Shown here: piece by piece, positions 25,291 to 37,379 of the stretch
Layout of the letters: every line of letters begins with the position of its first letter
Numbering within the stretch: the first letter of the stretch is position 1
Origin: Gracilinanus agilis
Lineage: Eukaryota
Assembly: GCF_016433145.1 (NCBI RefSeq)
Contig: NC_058130.1
Span: 5,052,134 to 5,109,834, forward strand
Reading direction: 5' to 3'
Length of the DNA: 57,701 nucleotides
Notes under the pieces: model-generated
What the model was told of the DNA's origin: nothing
The model's database searches: none
The model's input: only the letters and a program-made list of their open reading frames with translations
Translations under genes and position numbers: made by a program

Positions 25291-26556
25291 ATGTCGGTGC
25301 AGTCGATGCTTCGCGAGCGCATCGCGGCGGCCGAGGAGCTGATCGGGCGGGCCGAGGCGCTGTCGGGCTCCCGGAAGGGCGGCGTGGAGGGCGGCGCCAA
25401 GCTGTGCAGCAAGCTCCGGGCCGAGCTCAAGTTCCTGCGCAAGGTGGAGGCTGGCCGCGTGGCCGTGAAGGAGTCGCACCTGCAGAGCACCAACCTGACG
25501 CACCTGCGGGCCGTGGTGGAGGCGGCCGAGAGCCTGGAGGCCGTCGTGGCGGTGCTGCACGTCTTTGGCTACGCGGATGGGGCCGGCGACAAGCAGACGC
25601 TCGTGGTGGACGTGGTGGCCAACGGCGGCCACACGTGGGTCAAGGCCATCGGCCGCAAGGCCGAGGCCCTGCACAACATCTGGCTGGGCCGCGGCCAGTA
25701 CGGCGACCGGAGCGTGGTGGAGCAGGCCGAGGACTTCCTGCGCGCCAGCGCCCAGCAGCCCGTGCAGTACAGCAGCCCCCGCGTCGTCTTCGCCTTCTAC
25801 AACGGCGTGTCCAGCCCCGTGGCCGACGAGCTGAGGGGGATGGGCGTCTCCGTCCGGGGGGACATCGTGGCCGTGAACACCCCCCCGGAGCGACCCGAGC
25901 GGCTCCTGCCCGGCGATGGCGAGTCGGACGAGGAGGCTCCGGGGCTCCCGCCGGTGACCCGCGTGGACAGGGAGAACGTCGTGGCCAGCGTGGCCTTCCC
26001 CACTGAGGTCAAGGTGGACATGTGCGGCCGCGTGAACCTGGACATCACCACCCTCATCACGTACGTGTCGGCGCTGAGCTACGGCGGCTGCCGCTTCGTC
26101 TTCCGCGAGAAGGTGCTGACCGAGCAAGCCGTCCAGGAGCGCCGGGAGCGCGTCCTGCCCCAGCTCGAGGCCTTCATGGCCGGCAAGGAGCTGTTCGCCT
26201 GCGAGTCGGCCGTCAAGGACTTCCAGGCCATTCTGGACACCCTGGGGGGCCCCGGGGAGAGGGAGCGGGCCGCCCGGCTCATCCAGGGGGTCCGCGTGGT
26301 GCCGGACCAGCCCTCCGAGCGGGCCTTGAGACTGGTGGCGAGTTCCAAGATCAACAGCCGCTCGCTCACCATCTTCGGGACGGGAGACACCCTGAGAGCC
26401 GTCACCATGACGGCCAACAGCGGCTTCGTGAGGGCCGCCGCCAACCAGGGCGTGAAGTTCAGCGTCTTCATCCACCAGCCGCGGGCGCTCACTGAGAGCA
26501 AAGAGGCGCTCGCCACCCCCCTACCAAAGAGCTGCCCGGCCGGTGGCGGGCTCTGA
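25291..26556 (+). CDS. C7orf25: UPF0415 protein C7orf25 homolog, single coding exon, 421 aa
   Basis: [18 protein letters not shown]...[16 protein letters not shown]...[18 protein letters not shown]...[11 protein letters not shown] matches my recollection of human C7orf25; acceptor CTCTCTCAG at 25271; same gene order as in human. Confidence 0.95.
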   Translation: MSVQSMLRERIAAAEELIGRAEALSGSRKGGVEGGAKLCSKLRAELKFLRKVEAGRVAVKESHLQSTNLTHLRAVVEAAESLEAVVAVLHVFGYADGAGDKQTLVVDVVANGGHTWVKAIGRKAEALHNIWLGRGQYGDRSVVEQAEDFLRASAQQPVQYSSPRVVFAFYNGVSSPVADELRGMGVSVRGDIVAVNTPPERPERLLPGDGESDEEAPGLPPVTRVDRENVVASVAFPTEVKVDMCGRVNLDITTLITYVSALSYGGCRFVFREKVLTEQAVQERRERVLPQLEAFMAGKELFACESAVKDFQAILDTLGGPGERERAARLIQGVRVVPDQPSERALRLVASSKINSRSLTIFGTGDTLRAVTMTANSGFVRAAANQGVKFSVFIHQPRALTESKEALATPLPKSCPAGGGL

Positions 26557-26738
26557 CACCTCGAGGGAGGGTCCGCCTTCCCCGGACCCGCCGCCCCACA
26601 GCCTCTCCCCAAAGGACAGGATGGAGGACCGAGGGCCGCCGGACGTCCACCCGTGGAGTCCCAGCAGAGGGAGCCACCGCTGTGGGCTTCGTCGAGAGAG
26701 GGGGGGTTTCCGGGTAGTTTGTGTCTAAGGCGTCCCCC

Positions 26739-26744
26739 ATTAAA
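26739..26744 (+). terminator. C7orf25: Candidate C7orf25 polyadenylation signal ATTAAA
   Basis: ATTAAA about 180 nt after the stop codon. Confidence 0.5.
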
Positions 26745-27699
26745 TATCTATCTGGTTAAAGAGTCCCCAACTTGGCTTCATTTTTGTTCTGCCTCCCCAT
26801 TTCTTCATGCGGCGTGGGGGGGGGGGTGAGAGGGAGCTTCTCCAAAGAGCCCGTGAGCCAGAGAGGGGCTCAGACCCCTGCTCATTGGGGGAGGGTAGCG
26901 TGGGGGGCCCCTGGGCACCTCCTCCTGAGAACCCGGGGCTCCTGCCAGCAGCCAGGCCAGAGAGCTTTTCCCCTGAAGAGCTGGGGGCTCCAGAGCAGCC
27001 TTCCTCCCGTCGGCCCCGTCGGCGAGGGCAGCGAGAAGGCGGTCAGCAAAAAGCTTTGGGTGAGGAGGGGGAGCAGCTCTGGGGTCCCCCCTTGGCCCTT
27101 CCACGGAGCAAACTGCTTAGTGGTGGCCCATGACCCATCTGCCTCCTGGCTTGGTCTGTGCACTGGAGGGAGCCGGGGCAAGCCTCCAGGCCTCGGCCTC
27201 TTTGCCGGCCTGGGCACCAGCACCCCGGGCCCCTCTGGAGACCCCGAGAGGAGGGAGCGCCCGAGGAGAGCGGCCACTGCTTAGGCAGACGTCAGACATT
27301 CCGATTCCATCCAGATAAGGGACTTTTCCCACAGCCTTTGGGAGGCTGAGCTGTGTCCAGCACATGTTAATCGTATGTGAATTAAGGGCTGACTGGAGAC
27401 TTGAACCCACAACCCAGACTTGATCCTGAGCCTCACTTTAGGATGTTCCTTTGCATTTTAATTCCTGAGAAATCTGCATTTTCAGTGGAAAAGGAAACAT
27501 CGGGCTTACAGGTTCAATTGGGAGATGTTGGAGAAACCTCAGGACCGCCTGTCCTGGCTGTGAACGGTCGCGGCAGCCGAGCAACGTGGCTCTTTGTTCC
27601 TGAGTCCGTAAAGGACACTCGGGGGCGCCTGGCTGAAGCTGGACGTCTGGAGTCTCGGCGGCAGTCAGGAAGGCTGTGCTCTGACAGGGCCCCAGACAC

Positions 27700-27830
27700 C
27701 AGTGAGTGACTGTGCCTCTGTTTCCCCATCTGTAAAGTGAGAATAATAGTCGTGTCTACACCGGGCGGTGGTGAAGATGGAGGGAGATCTTTGTAAAGGC
27801 CTATGCCTGGGGCTTGCCAGGAATGATCGT
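27700..27830 (+). mobile_element. MIR fragment (GC-drifted)
   Basis: GTGCCTCTGTTTCCCCATCTGTAAAGTGAGAATAATAG core. Confidence 0.6.
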
Positions 27831-28513
27831 TGCCTTCCTCCCGCCACTAATCCTCGCAGCTCAGGACAGCCAGTAGCTTCTTCCGGCTCGCCCAGGCTCT
27901 TACCTCCACCATTAAGGCTTGACAGCCCCCAGCCTGAAGATGGCGTGTCGGATTGGCTTGAAGATTCGTCTTCACCATAATCTGAATCCCTTTGCTCCCA
28001 CTTGCCAGCTTTTTCCTTCGTCCCTTCCTGCTCTCATTTTCTAAATTAAATTGTACTTTCTTCCAATGATCAAGCCTTTGTGTTTCCTCCCCCCATCCTG
28101 AAAAAAAAAGGATGCCGAGGCCCTCATCGCACGTCCTCCCTTCCCACTGCTGCGTCTCGTTCGGCCTCCGGACAGCCGGCAAATGCCCGAGACAAGGACT
28201 CGGCGGGATACGCCGGGGAAAGAGCCGGGACCCAGAGCCCGGGCGTTCTTCCACTTTCCTCAACGACAGGACTTCAGGGGGTGCAGCTTCCCCGGGCTCT
28301 GGTCCTCCAAGGTGGCGGGTTGTGGGGCCGTTTTCTGGGCCCTTCTCGTGAACCATCCTCTGCGTTTAGAAGGGAGGGAGCTGCTATATGGCACACACCG
28401 GTGCCTAGGCATATGCAGGGTTTTTGTTTGGTTTTACTCCTTGAATTTGCTGGAATTTTCTAGAAAGGGGTTCTCTCCGGATTTGTCCAAAGGACTCCCA
28501 AAGAAAAGCATCA

Positions 28514-28723
28514 GGGGCAGCTGGGTAGCTCAGTGGAGTGAGAGTCAGGCCTAGAGACAGGAGGTCCTGGGTTCAAGCCCGGCCTCAGACACTTCCCAGC
28601 TGTGTGACCCTGGGCAGGTCACTTGACCCCCATTGCCCACCCTTACCACTCTTCCACCTATGAGACAATACACCGAAGTACAAGGGTTTAAAAAAAAAAA
28701 AAAAAAAACCTATATATAAGAAA
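28514..28723 (+). mobile_element. Young SINE1_Mdo-like element with TSD
   Basis: GGGGCAGCTGGGTAGCTCAGTGG head, long poly-A, TSD AAAAGCATCAG at 28504-28514 and 28724-28734. Confidence 0.88.
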
Positions 28724-29619
28724 AAAAGCATCAGAAAGCGACTCCAGAGTCCAGCTGGTTCCCTTCCTGCTTTGTTTTGATTTTATCTTGCCTGCAGTAT
28801 GCTTTCCAAAGGTCAGCCTGTTAGTTTGGGGAGGGGAGCCACAGTTCTGGGATGATTCACTGATCCAAGAGGAGAGAGAAACCTCCTGGAGGCCCCGAGA
28901 CACCAGAGGCATTTTCTCCTTTTCCCAGCAGATGCTCCCATGTGGCAGCCAGCTGTTTCCCTCCCAGATAGGTTTTGATTAAATTACAATTAGCTAAGCT
29001 GACCCGCCTCTTTCTTTAGTGTCCCTTTAGGCTGGGATCCTTAGGAAGGCCCAGAAGCTGGAGAAAAACTACCCACAAAGTAAGCTGAGCTTTGGAAGAG
29101 GTCTCAAGGCTGTCTAATGCCACTCGTACATCCCTGAAATCTCCCCCATAGCTGCCCCCAGCGCTCTCCCAGGGCGCATTTTACTTTGGGTCAGGCCTGA
29201 TGACTAGCAAGTTCTGACATCCAGCCTCCCTTTGCCTCTTTGTCACTTCTCCCCGCTGCCCCAGGTTCTGCTCTCTGGGCCAAACCGAGCCAAGCCAATC
29301 TCTTGTGTCTCTGACAGCCCTTCAGACCCAGCCACCTCCCCTTCCCTCTGGTGCTCTCCAGGCTGACCCCCAGGATTCCTCTGGGGTGTTCCATGCTTTC
29401 CACTAATCTAGTGCATTTACCCCTTACCCTGGCAAGGGGAGCACCCTGAAAGGCTCAAGACTTCCCCAGTGCCACTCTCCAACCCCTGCAGGAAAATCTA
29501 CAAATGAGATTTCAGGCCTTTTTACAGAAGCAGGAATTTGCCCAAATAGCCACTAGAGCCCATCCCGAAGATGCATTAAAGGCAACGAGAGGAGCAAAGC
29601 CTGGATTGTGGTCTTTGAA

Positions 29620-29800
29620 GCATCATGATACAGTGGACTTGAAGTTAGGAAGTCGAGTTTGAATCCTGCCTCTGCCTCTTCCTTCTTGTGCGTCCTTAGG
29701 GCTCCCCTTCCTGGACCTCAGTTTCCTTTTCTGGAAAATCAGGGATTTGGGCTCGATGGTCACTAAGGTCCCTTCTGGCTCCCAGTCTGTGTTCCTATAG
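29620..29800 (+). mobile_element. MIR3-like SINE
   Basis: GGACCTCAGTTTCCTTTTCTGGAAAATCAGGG...AAGGTCCCTTCTGGCTC. Confidence 0.6.
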
Positions 29801-32601
29801 CACACGCTCCATCCAGAAAAGGGGCCTGAGGAGGCTCACAATCCCTGCTCTGATTCCCACCATCCACATCAATTTCCCTCTGGACCTCTCGACGTGGATT
29901 CTCTGCTCCACGGCAAACCGGGTGATGCCATGTTGATGGGGTTGCCTAAAATGAAAAGAGGAGCCGCAGAGGGCCTTTGGTTAGCTTCAGACAGGAAAAT
30001 GGAGCAGGTGGGAGGGTGGATCTCAGCGCCCGGGCGAAGCCAGCGAGAAAGACCGTTTTATAGGCTCCTTGTCCGGAAGCACAAGAGCACATCCTGGAGA
30101 GGAGCCGCCGAGTTCACCCGAAACTGGCCAAAGAAGTGGTCCAGCGAGTTCGCTCTTCCAGCTCCTGCAATCTCAGTTCAGGCCAGGAGGCTGCGCTTAT
30201 GTATTGGTTTTCTTCAAGGAAACCCGAGTTTTCCAGGTTAATCCGAATCCTGTGGCTGCCTGGCTAGTTTAACTGAAACCCACTCTGAACTGCGTTTCGC
30301 AAAGTGTAAACAGCAGCCGCTTCTTGGGGTTCCTCCGCTCTTTAGGAATAATACAGACGGTCCTTAAAAGCCCGGCCAAGCCATTTTCCAGAACTTCTTG
30401 CTGAAACTGATTGAAGAAACCCAAATCCCCGGATTCAATAAACATCCGGCTCAGGAGGCAGATGCGTTCCCAATGACGGCCTCCTTCCTTTGGTCTGGCA
30501 CGTTCGCATTTTGTTGTCTCTTCATCTTTTAGAGTCTTGTTTTCTCATCTGCAAAATGGGGGTAGAGAACGCCATTCCATCCTATTAGAGTAGATGAGGT
30601 CCCGATCCCCTGCCTGGTGCTGTGGGCAGGCAGAGAGGAAAATGGGGCGGTCTTTCCCCTCAGGGGGCTCATCTTCTCTCCGGGAACCCAGCCTTACTCA
30701 GCGATCTGAATATCGGCATATACAAGAGAACCCCGAGTCCTATCAGGGGGCCTCACAGATGGGACCTCAGGCAGTGTCCCTGGCAGTGAGAGAATCCCAC
30801 AGGCGAGGCGAGGAGGGAGAAATGGGGTGGCGGGAGATCCCGTATGGACGACAGCAAGACAACAGCTCCAACACAGGCTCTGAGAGGGGGAAGGAATCGG
30901 GGCAGCGTCGTCAGGCAAATCGAGGAATCTGCATTTCTACCAGGGAACCCCCAGGGAGCCCCTGAAACAAGGGTCTGTCACGGACATCATTTAGGAATAT
31001 TCCTTTGGTCGCGGTGTAGAAAGAAGATAGAAAAAGCTGGCTGGCAGCTCCCACTTAAGGTTCATAAAGCACTTTATGGTTACCTCTTTGATCCTCACAG
31101 CAAGCTCCATTTCGCTTACGAGAAACTGAGGCAGGTTAAATGATTTGCCCCGAGGATGGAGAAACTTGGTGGCTGGACTCAGTTTGGGGGGACGTTGGAT
31201 GAGAATGAAATACCCAGGGGGACCCCTCAGTGGTTAGCCTTGGTGGCTGGAGGCAGTGTTGGGCATGTTGAGTCTGCAGGACCTCTGGGTGAAGGTGTCC
31301 GGCAGAGAGGGGTGCTGGGAGCCCCGGCAGACACCAGAAATGATTTTCTCTGGTGTGAGTGTGTGCAGTTGCCGTGTGTCCTATCTCTCTGTCTGAGAAA
31401 GGTGTAGATCAGATGTGTTCTACCGCTTCTCCCCTCCAGATGTCTGGCAGGTTCTCTCTGGCTTCTTCCAGCTCCCCCTCGGAAGGGATTGGTGTAGACA
31501 TCCGGACCTGAGGCTTTCTGGTCTGGGCCTTGTTAGTAGGTCAGGAAGCAAACCGATTTCCGCCAAGGAAGTAACCTCTTTGCTCCCTCGCCTACAGATG
31601 TTTAAACTGAGGCCTCGGAAGCACGCTTGGAGAGTGGCCACCGTTAGGCCTCTGGACGAGTCCGTCCCAGCCTGAGGGAGCAACCCCTGAAGGGTTCTGT
31701 CCCTTGGCCCGCTCTCTGCCTGGGGAGGGAAATACTTTATGGGCAGACGTGCCCACTGCCTAGGGAGGTAACGATGGAAGAGCGCAGGGGCAGCTGCTCT
31801 CATCCCCAAAGCCCTCTGCAAAAGAGGGAGGACAGGGTGGATCTCGCGCTGGGGAGCCCCACAAGGGCCGGTGCAGCAGGGGGGGGGTGCCAGAGGACTC
31901 TGTCCTGCCTTCATCACATCAACTAGAACAAGTTCTTACCTTCTTCCATGGAAAAGAAGACACCCGACTAGATCTGTGTTTCCAACTAATTTAGCCAGTT
32001 GGGGCTTGAAATATGGAGGCAAAATTGCTAATGGCAGGCTGGGAACTAGGGGTGGGTTCTGGGGGCAATCCGTGATGATCTCTGGGTTCTCCTTTGGTGC
32101 CTGCCCAGGTGTGGGGGCTACCTGCTCTCCTACTGTGGGCCCCAGGTTAGAAGAGACATTTTTTCTTTCCACCTATTTGGTCTTTTCCTCTAGGGATCAT
32201 TAGGCGGCTCTCGTTTAGAAGGTTCTGGGGATTCTAGAACTTGGAATCACCAGCACAGGGTCACCCCCACACAGGAGCAGCTGGGGAACCTCCCTCTCTG
32301 TGGGGACCCCCTCTTCCATTGGAGCCCAACAGAGGACGTCCTACATGATGTGCCCAGACATCTTTGGCGCACATAGACCTCTCCCTGCGTTAGGCTTAGG
32401 GTGGAGAGCTTCCAAGCTCACCAGAGTCTCACCAAGCGTTCTTCTATGAACTCTTTACATAGAGGAGAGACACGTTGTTGGGAGGAGACTTTCAGGGTGT
32501 CGCTTTTGGTTTTATTTATTTAGTTACAGACAAAATACATAGAGGGAGTCTTGTATTCTTTGCACCTTTCATTAAATAAAGCGCCTATTGAGATGTGGTC
32601 T

Positions 32602-32801
32602 GGGGACAGCTAGGTGGCTCAGTGGATTGGGAACCAGACCTGGAGATGGAAGATCCTGGGTTCAAATGTCACCTCAGATACTTATTTAATGATATAACTC
32701 TGAGCAAGTTCCTTAATCCCTGCTCTTATGGTTCTTCTGCCTTAGAACCAAAACACAGTATTGAATCTAAGATGGAAGAGAAGGGGTTAAAAAAAAAAAA
32801 A
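32602..32801 (+). mobile_element. Marsupial tRNA-derived SINE
   Basis: GGGGACAGCTAGGTGGCTCAGTGGATTG head, ACAGTATTGAATCTAAGATGGAAG tail and poly-A. Confidence 0.75.
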
Positions 32802-34727
32802 GATGGTCTGGATTTTTATATTTGACAAAGCCTGCCTGTTCCCTTCTGTTTTCCTCAGGGCTACCCTCAATCCGTGTGTAAATCATTCCCATAGGGAATT
32901 CTGTATCCATTTAGGTCAAGAGATCGGGGTCTTCTCAGTCTCCTTTTGGTGGTAGTAATATCATGTGGGATTACTTATTCAATTATCCCCTCCCTCAAAA
33001 TGTTTTAAAAAGATTAATCCTGCTGAGATGTCTCTATATCAAATCAGGTACTTTTCTGCTCTATCTGCTCTCTTCCAGCTTTGCCCCCATCAAGGTCTGA
33101 GGGGTTAAAAGTCGTGATCCTTGGGTGGTCCTGGAATGGATTATGAAATGGATCGTTAGGAGTGTGCTGGCCAAAGTTCCCCACTTCCTGCTGATGGTCC
33201 ATCTGTGAGTGAATCAGACCTGGGCTGACGTGGCTTAGTAGGTTTCTTGCTAAGTTTTCGGCAGGTTTTCTTTTGCCCCTAATGCTTTCTCCAGCCTTGT
33301 GAGAAGGCATTGCTGTGTTCTGTCATCTTCCTCTGGACTAGTTAATCTTAATTGATATTTCCTCTGGCTGGAATTTGTCCTAGCTGGGCAGGGAGACCAA
33401 GGACTTGCTGTCTAAGGCAGTTTCTCGCCTGTTTTGGCCTTCCCGTTGTGGCCACTGCTTTACATGCTGTTAAGCTTCTTTAGGAAAGTGTGATAAGTTA
33501 CAGGGATGTCTCCTATATTTTTCTCTCCCTCCCTCCCTCCCTCCTTTCCTCCTCTTCTTTCCTTTCTTCCTTTCTCCTTTCTTCTCTCCTCTTCCTCCTT
33601 CTCTCATCAGTTTATCAGACAAGATAAAGTCACATTTGTAATTAGATCAGTCCTTTTGGCTTCTCTTCGCTCCTTCCAGTTTGATGCTGATTTTGCCCTT
33701 ATTAGTCGAGGGTATCCCGTCTCATTTAGAGCAGCTTCTCCGAAGACTCAGCAGCACATAGGAGGCAGGGATTCCTATCTGGAAAGACGGGGTCAAGTTC
33801 TCTGGTCATGTTCTTAAGTCCTTATAGTGGCCTTTCAGTTTCTGAGCCTCATCTTGAAGAAAAATATTCCTGATCTGGAAGAAAGAGGAGTTTTTGCCCC
33901 TCTGATCTCATTTGTTTCTTAATCCTCAACCTTATTTCCAGTGTGATTTTCATTCTCCTCGTCCCAGCAAAGCCCCCCCTTCTGGGTTTTCTCTCCCAAT
34001 GACCACCTGGCACTGGCAAGAGCAACCTCCAGAAGGTGCCCCTCTACTTCTCCTCTTAGGTTCAAACCACCCGGAGAGGCTGGAGATGGTTTTCTGCCAT
34101 GCTCACCCCCAAGCTCCTATCCGGTACGGCCCCTCCCCGAGGATGTAGCCAGAATTCATTCGATTTTAGAAAAGGGCATTGATATGGTAGAGTAAAAGGA
34201 GAAGAGCAGACATCTCCCCCTGCCTCTCCCGGGGGTAAACTCGTCCTCCTGTTTAACACTCTGTGCCCAGGTGGAACAGGCTCCAAGGAGCGCCTGGCAT
34301 AGTACCCGGCACATAGTGGGTGCTTTTACACATCTGTTCCCTTCTCCGGACTCCCCCCTTTCAAACTCTGAGACGTCTCCTTCACCCACAAAGCTCCCCA
34401 TTCCTGCATGTGCTTCTTTTCTGCTTTGGGGGAGCCGAGCCAGGCCTTTCGCAGAGTCCTGAAGCTGCCTGGCCTCAGGGTGTCCGGTCTGTCCTCAGTC
34501 TGCCCCTCTGCCCGCCCCACGCGGTCCTTGGTCACCCAGGAGGCCGTCCTCCGGTCAGTGGATGAGGAGGAAGTCCTCGGGGCCTTTCCAGCCCTGTGAA
34601 ATCTGCCGCCCCAGCCCCTGGGAGCCCAGGCTGGCCTCCTCCATTATGGCGAGGCATCCGAGGTGACTGTGTAGGGGACAGCAAAGGAGCGAAAGCCTTA
34701 TAAGTTAGAACTACACAAGACTTCTGG

Positions 34728-34945
34728 TGGTCGCTGTTCAGTCTTGTCCCACCATGACCCCACAAAGACCCTGGAGTGGTTGGCCAGCTCCTTCTTCAGC
34801 TCCTTTTAGAGATGAGGAAACTGAGGCAAACGGGGAAGTGACGTGGCCAGCGTCACGCAGCTCATAACTGTCTGAAGCTGGACTTTCACTCGGGAAGGGG
34901 AGTCGTCCCGATTCTGAGCCCGGCGCTCCATCCACGGGCCACCGA
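34728..34945 (-). mobile_element. MAR1 SINE (GC-drifted)
   Basis: GGAGTGGTTGGCCAGCTCCTTCTTCAGCTCCTTTTAGAGATGAGGAAACTGAGGCAAAC. Confidence 0.65.
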
Positions 34946-37050
34946 GCTGTTGTTTATTCAGTGAAACCTGCTCTCTCGAAGACTGGCTTTGGGGGGCTCT
35001 GGGGCTGGGCCCCACTGAGTAGCCAGCCCGCTGCAGGGCCTCTGTTTGGTCTCGTCTCACTTCCCTTTTCCCTGCCCTTGCCTTGGATGCTTAGAGCTTA
35101 TCTTCAAATATTGAATTTATTTTTAATGAAAAAAAAAAGTCTATCGTCTCTTTTTCCTCCCTCCTCGCACTGGGGGAGCCAATTCTGCTGAGTCAAAACA
35201 GATTCTCCCACCGGCCTCCTCCCTAAACTAGAGCTCCTACGGCCGGCGCTATCGGGAGGGGAGCAGCGGGCTTCGTCTTCCGCCTGCTGGAGCCACGGTG
35301 AGCTCACTCTCTGCCCGGGCTGCTGCCAGATCTGCACAAAGTGAAGGCTAAGCCCTGGGCTGCCTCATACCCCGGAGGATGCCTCTTTGAGGCCAGGGCA
35401 AGGGCTGCAGGCCTTAGGCAGGCCAGTGAAGCCGGGAGACCCTCGGCCCTTGAGGTCTGGGTCAGTTTGGGCCTGACGTGGAGCCAAATAGGCTCACCTT
35501 GGACTCTGCCTCCTCTGCTCTTGTCCCAGTCTCTAGGGGGCCCCCCTGCCATCCCGCGGGCTGGCCATCAGAGGGCGGATAAGTCCGCCGTCCTGTGCTC
35601 TGTGGAAGTCTCGGGGTCCCTCTCCAGGGAAACGGGAGGAAACCTCCAAAGGGGATGGGTGTGACCCCGCCAGAGCCAGACAGCCTGAACTTGAGCTCTA
35701 GGGAGGATGGGAGGCCGGCTTCAGGGCAGCTCTAACCATTGGAAAGGGGGCCTTTCCCCGCCTCCGTCGGCCTCTTGGGCTCTCAGTTCTTCCTTGGGGC
35801 CTTTCCCCACAAAGAGTGGAGGACAGCTACTGTGGACGCTTCAGTCAATCCACATTTATTTAGCACCAGGCCGTGTGCTAAGCACTAGGCTCTCTCCTGG
35901 CTTCTCTTCTGCAGCTTCAACAGCTGATCCTTAAGGGATCTTGACAGCCTCGGCCTGGGTGCCCAGCGCTTACTTGGCACAGTGCCCGGCACACAGTAGG
36001 CGCTTAATGCCTGCTTGTTAACCTGCCTTGTCTCTTCATTGATTGGTGCCCCCCAGAAGCTGTCAGGCAGGGCAGTGGACAAGGGAATTCCTCTCAGGAG
36101 GGTCGCTGCTTCCCTCCTGGGGATGAAGTTGGCCCGCTTCGGCCAGCAAAGGGGGCTCCTCGCCTGCCACCCGGGGACTCCCCCCCCTTTCCTGCTTGGG
36201 AGCCAACCCAGAGAAGCGGCTCTCGTTCAAGCCTGCCTCCTCCCGGGGCCCCGGAACCTTGGGATGGCGCGTCCCCCCCAGAAACAACTCGCAGCCAAAG
36301 GCTCGGGAGATGTCATCATCCACCGTTTATTGTTTTCAGGCATTTGTGACAAAAGGGGGTCTCTGGCAGCGCCACCAAAGAGAAGGCTGGAGGTCAGAGG
36401 AAATCGGGCCGTCTTCCTCGTCCGGGCTCTCGCCCTGGGCAGCTGGGAAATGGGCTGAATGGCACCGAGCCGAGCCGTCTCTGCTTCCACAGCCCGCTCT
36501 CTGATGCCATCCGTGTCGTTGTCCCCAGCGCCCAGGGAGCTCCCTGGCTGGATGCTGTTATCTGCCGGGAGCCTGGGCTCCGGGGAAGTTTCTCTGGGCT
36601 GGATTCTTAGGCTGGAAGAGGAAGAGAGAGGGAAGAACTCGTTCTAAGTGCAGCCCAGAAAGCAGAAGAGCCTCCGTGTGGGCCGCCTCCTCCTGCCACT
36701 TTCCACCCAGAATACCGCCTTCCTATGGCAGCCCTGAGAAGGAATCATGATCTCTAAATAGGAAAGGCCCTCGTTTCCCATCCAGCCCTGCCTGCCCCAA
36801 GCCAGTCTCCTCTCTCCCCACTCAGCTCCTGCCCAGTGGTCCAGACTCTTCTGGAATCCCCGCAGGGACGGGGCGCTCACTATCTCCCCAGGCAGCCCTT
36901 TCTACTCATTGTGAGGAGATTTGCCCTGACCTCCAGCCCAAGTCTGCCTCTCTGGGACTTCCACTCAAGCCTTTCTTCTTCCTTGTCTCAATCCTCCGGG
37001 GCTGTAAGACAGGCAGGATCGGAATGACTAACCTGGCCAGGCCCGTTTCT

Positions 37051-37056
37051 TTTATT
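37051..37056 (-). terminator. Candidate polyadenylation signal AATAAA of the unnamed secreted-protein gene
   Basis: TTTATT on the plus strand, 70 nt after the predicted TAG at 37127. Confidence 0.45.
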
Positions 37057-37126
37057 GAAAGAAATACAGAGGCAGGCCATGCCCACCTCTCCTACTGGGC
37101 AGACTCCCAGAGCCCGGCGCATCCAG

Positions 37127-37143
37127 CTAGGAAATGAAGATGC
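37127..37143 (-). CDS. Unnamed secreted mucin-like protein, candidate terminal exon 3 (GIFIS*)
   Basis: Acceptor CTACCTCCGCAG, phase 1 compatible with exon 2, early TAG and downstream AATAAA. Alternative terminal exons exist (see findings). Confidence 0.4.
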
Positions 37144-37379
37144 CTGCGGAGGTAGCTCCAAGGCTGGCCCTTTACTTTTCATTAAGCAAATCGAGGAGAC
37201 AAAATCTCCTCTCCCTTCCCCTGCCAGCTGGGATCCTTTCCTCCTTTTTAATGACACTTCCACCACCAGCACAGTCCCTGGCACACGGGGCGTGCCTAGA
37301 CATTTCTTGTGGATTCATGGTAGCCTGAGAGGGATTGAACCGATGGACTAATGGATCCTCACAAGGGTCCCGTGAGCTC

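Noticed and set aside
25087-26475. 462-aa antisense ORF and other long overlapping ORFs across C7orf25
   Set aside because: Shadow frames caused by near-100% GC3 of the sense gene; no independent start, splice or family signal.
28514-28600. tRNA-like A/B boxes in the SINE heads (also 32602, 54201, 56257-56440, 56970-57174)
   Set aside because: These belong to tRNA-derived SINEs; there is no full cloverleaf, so no tRNA gene is called.
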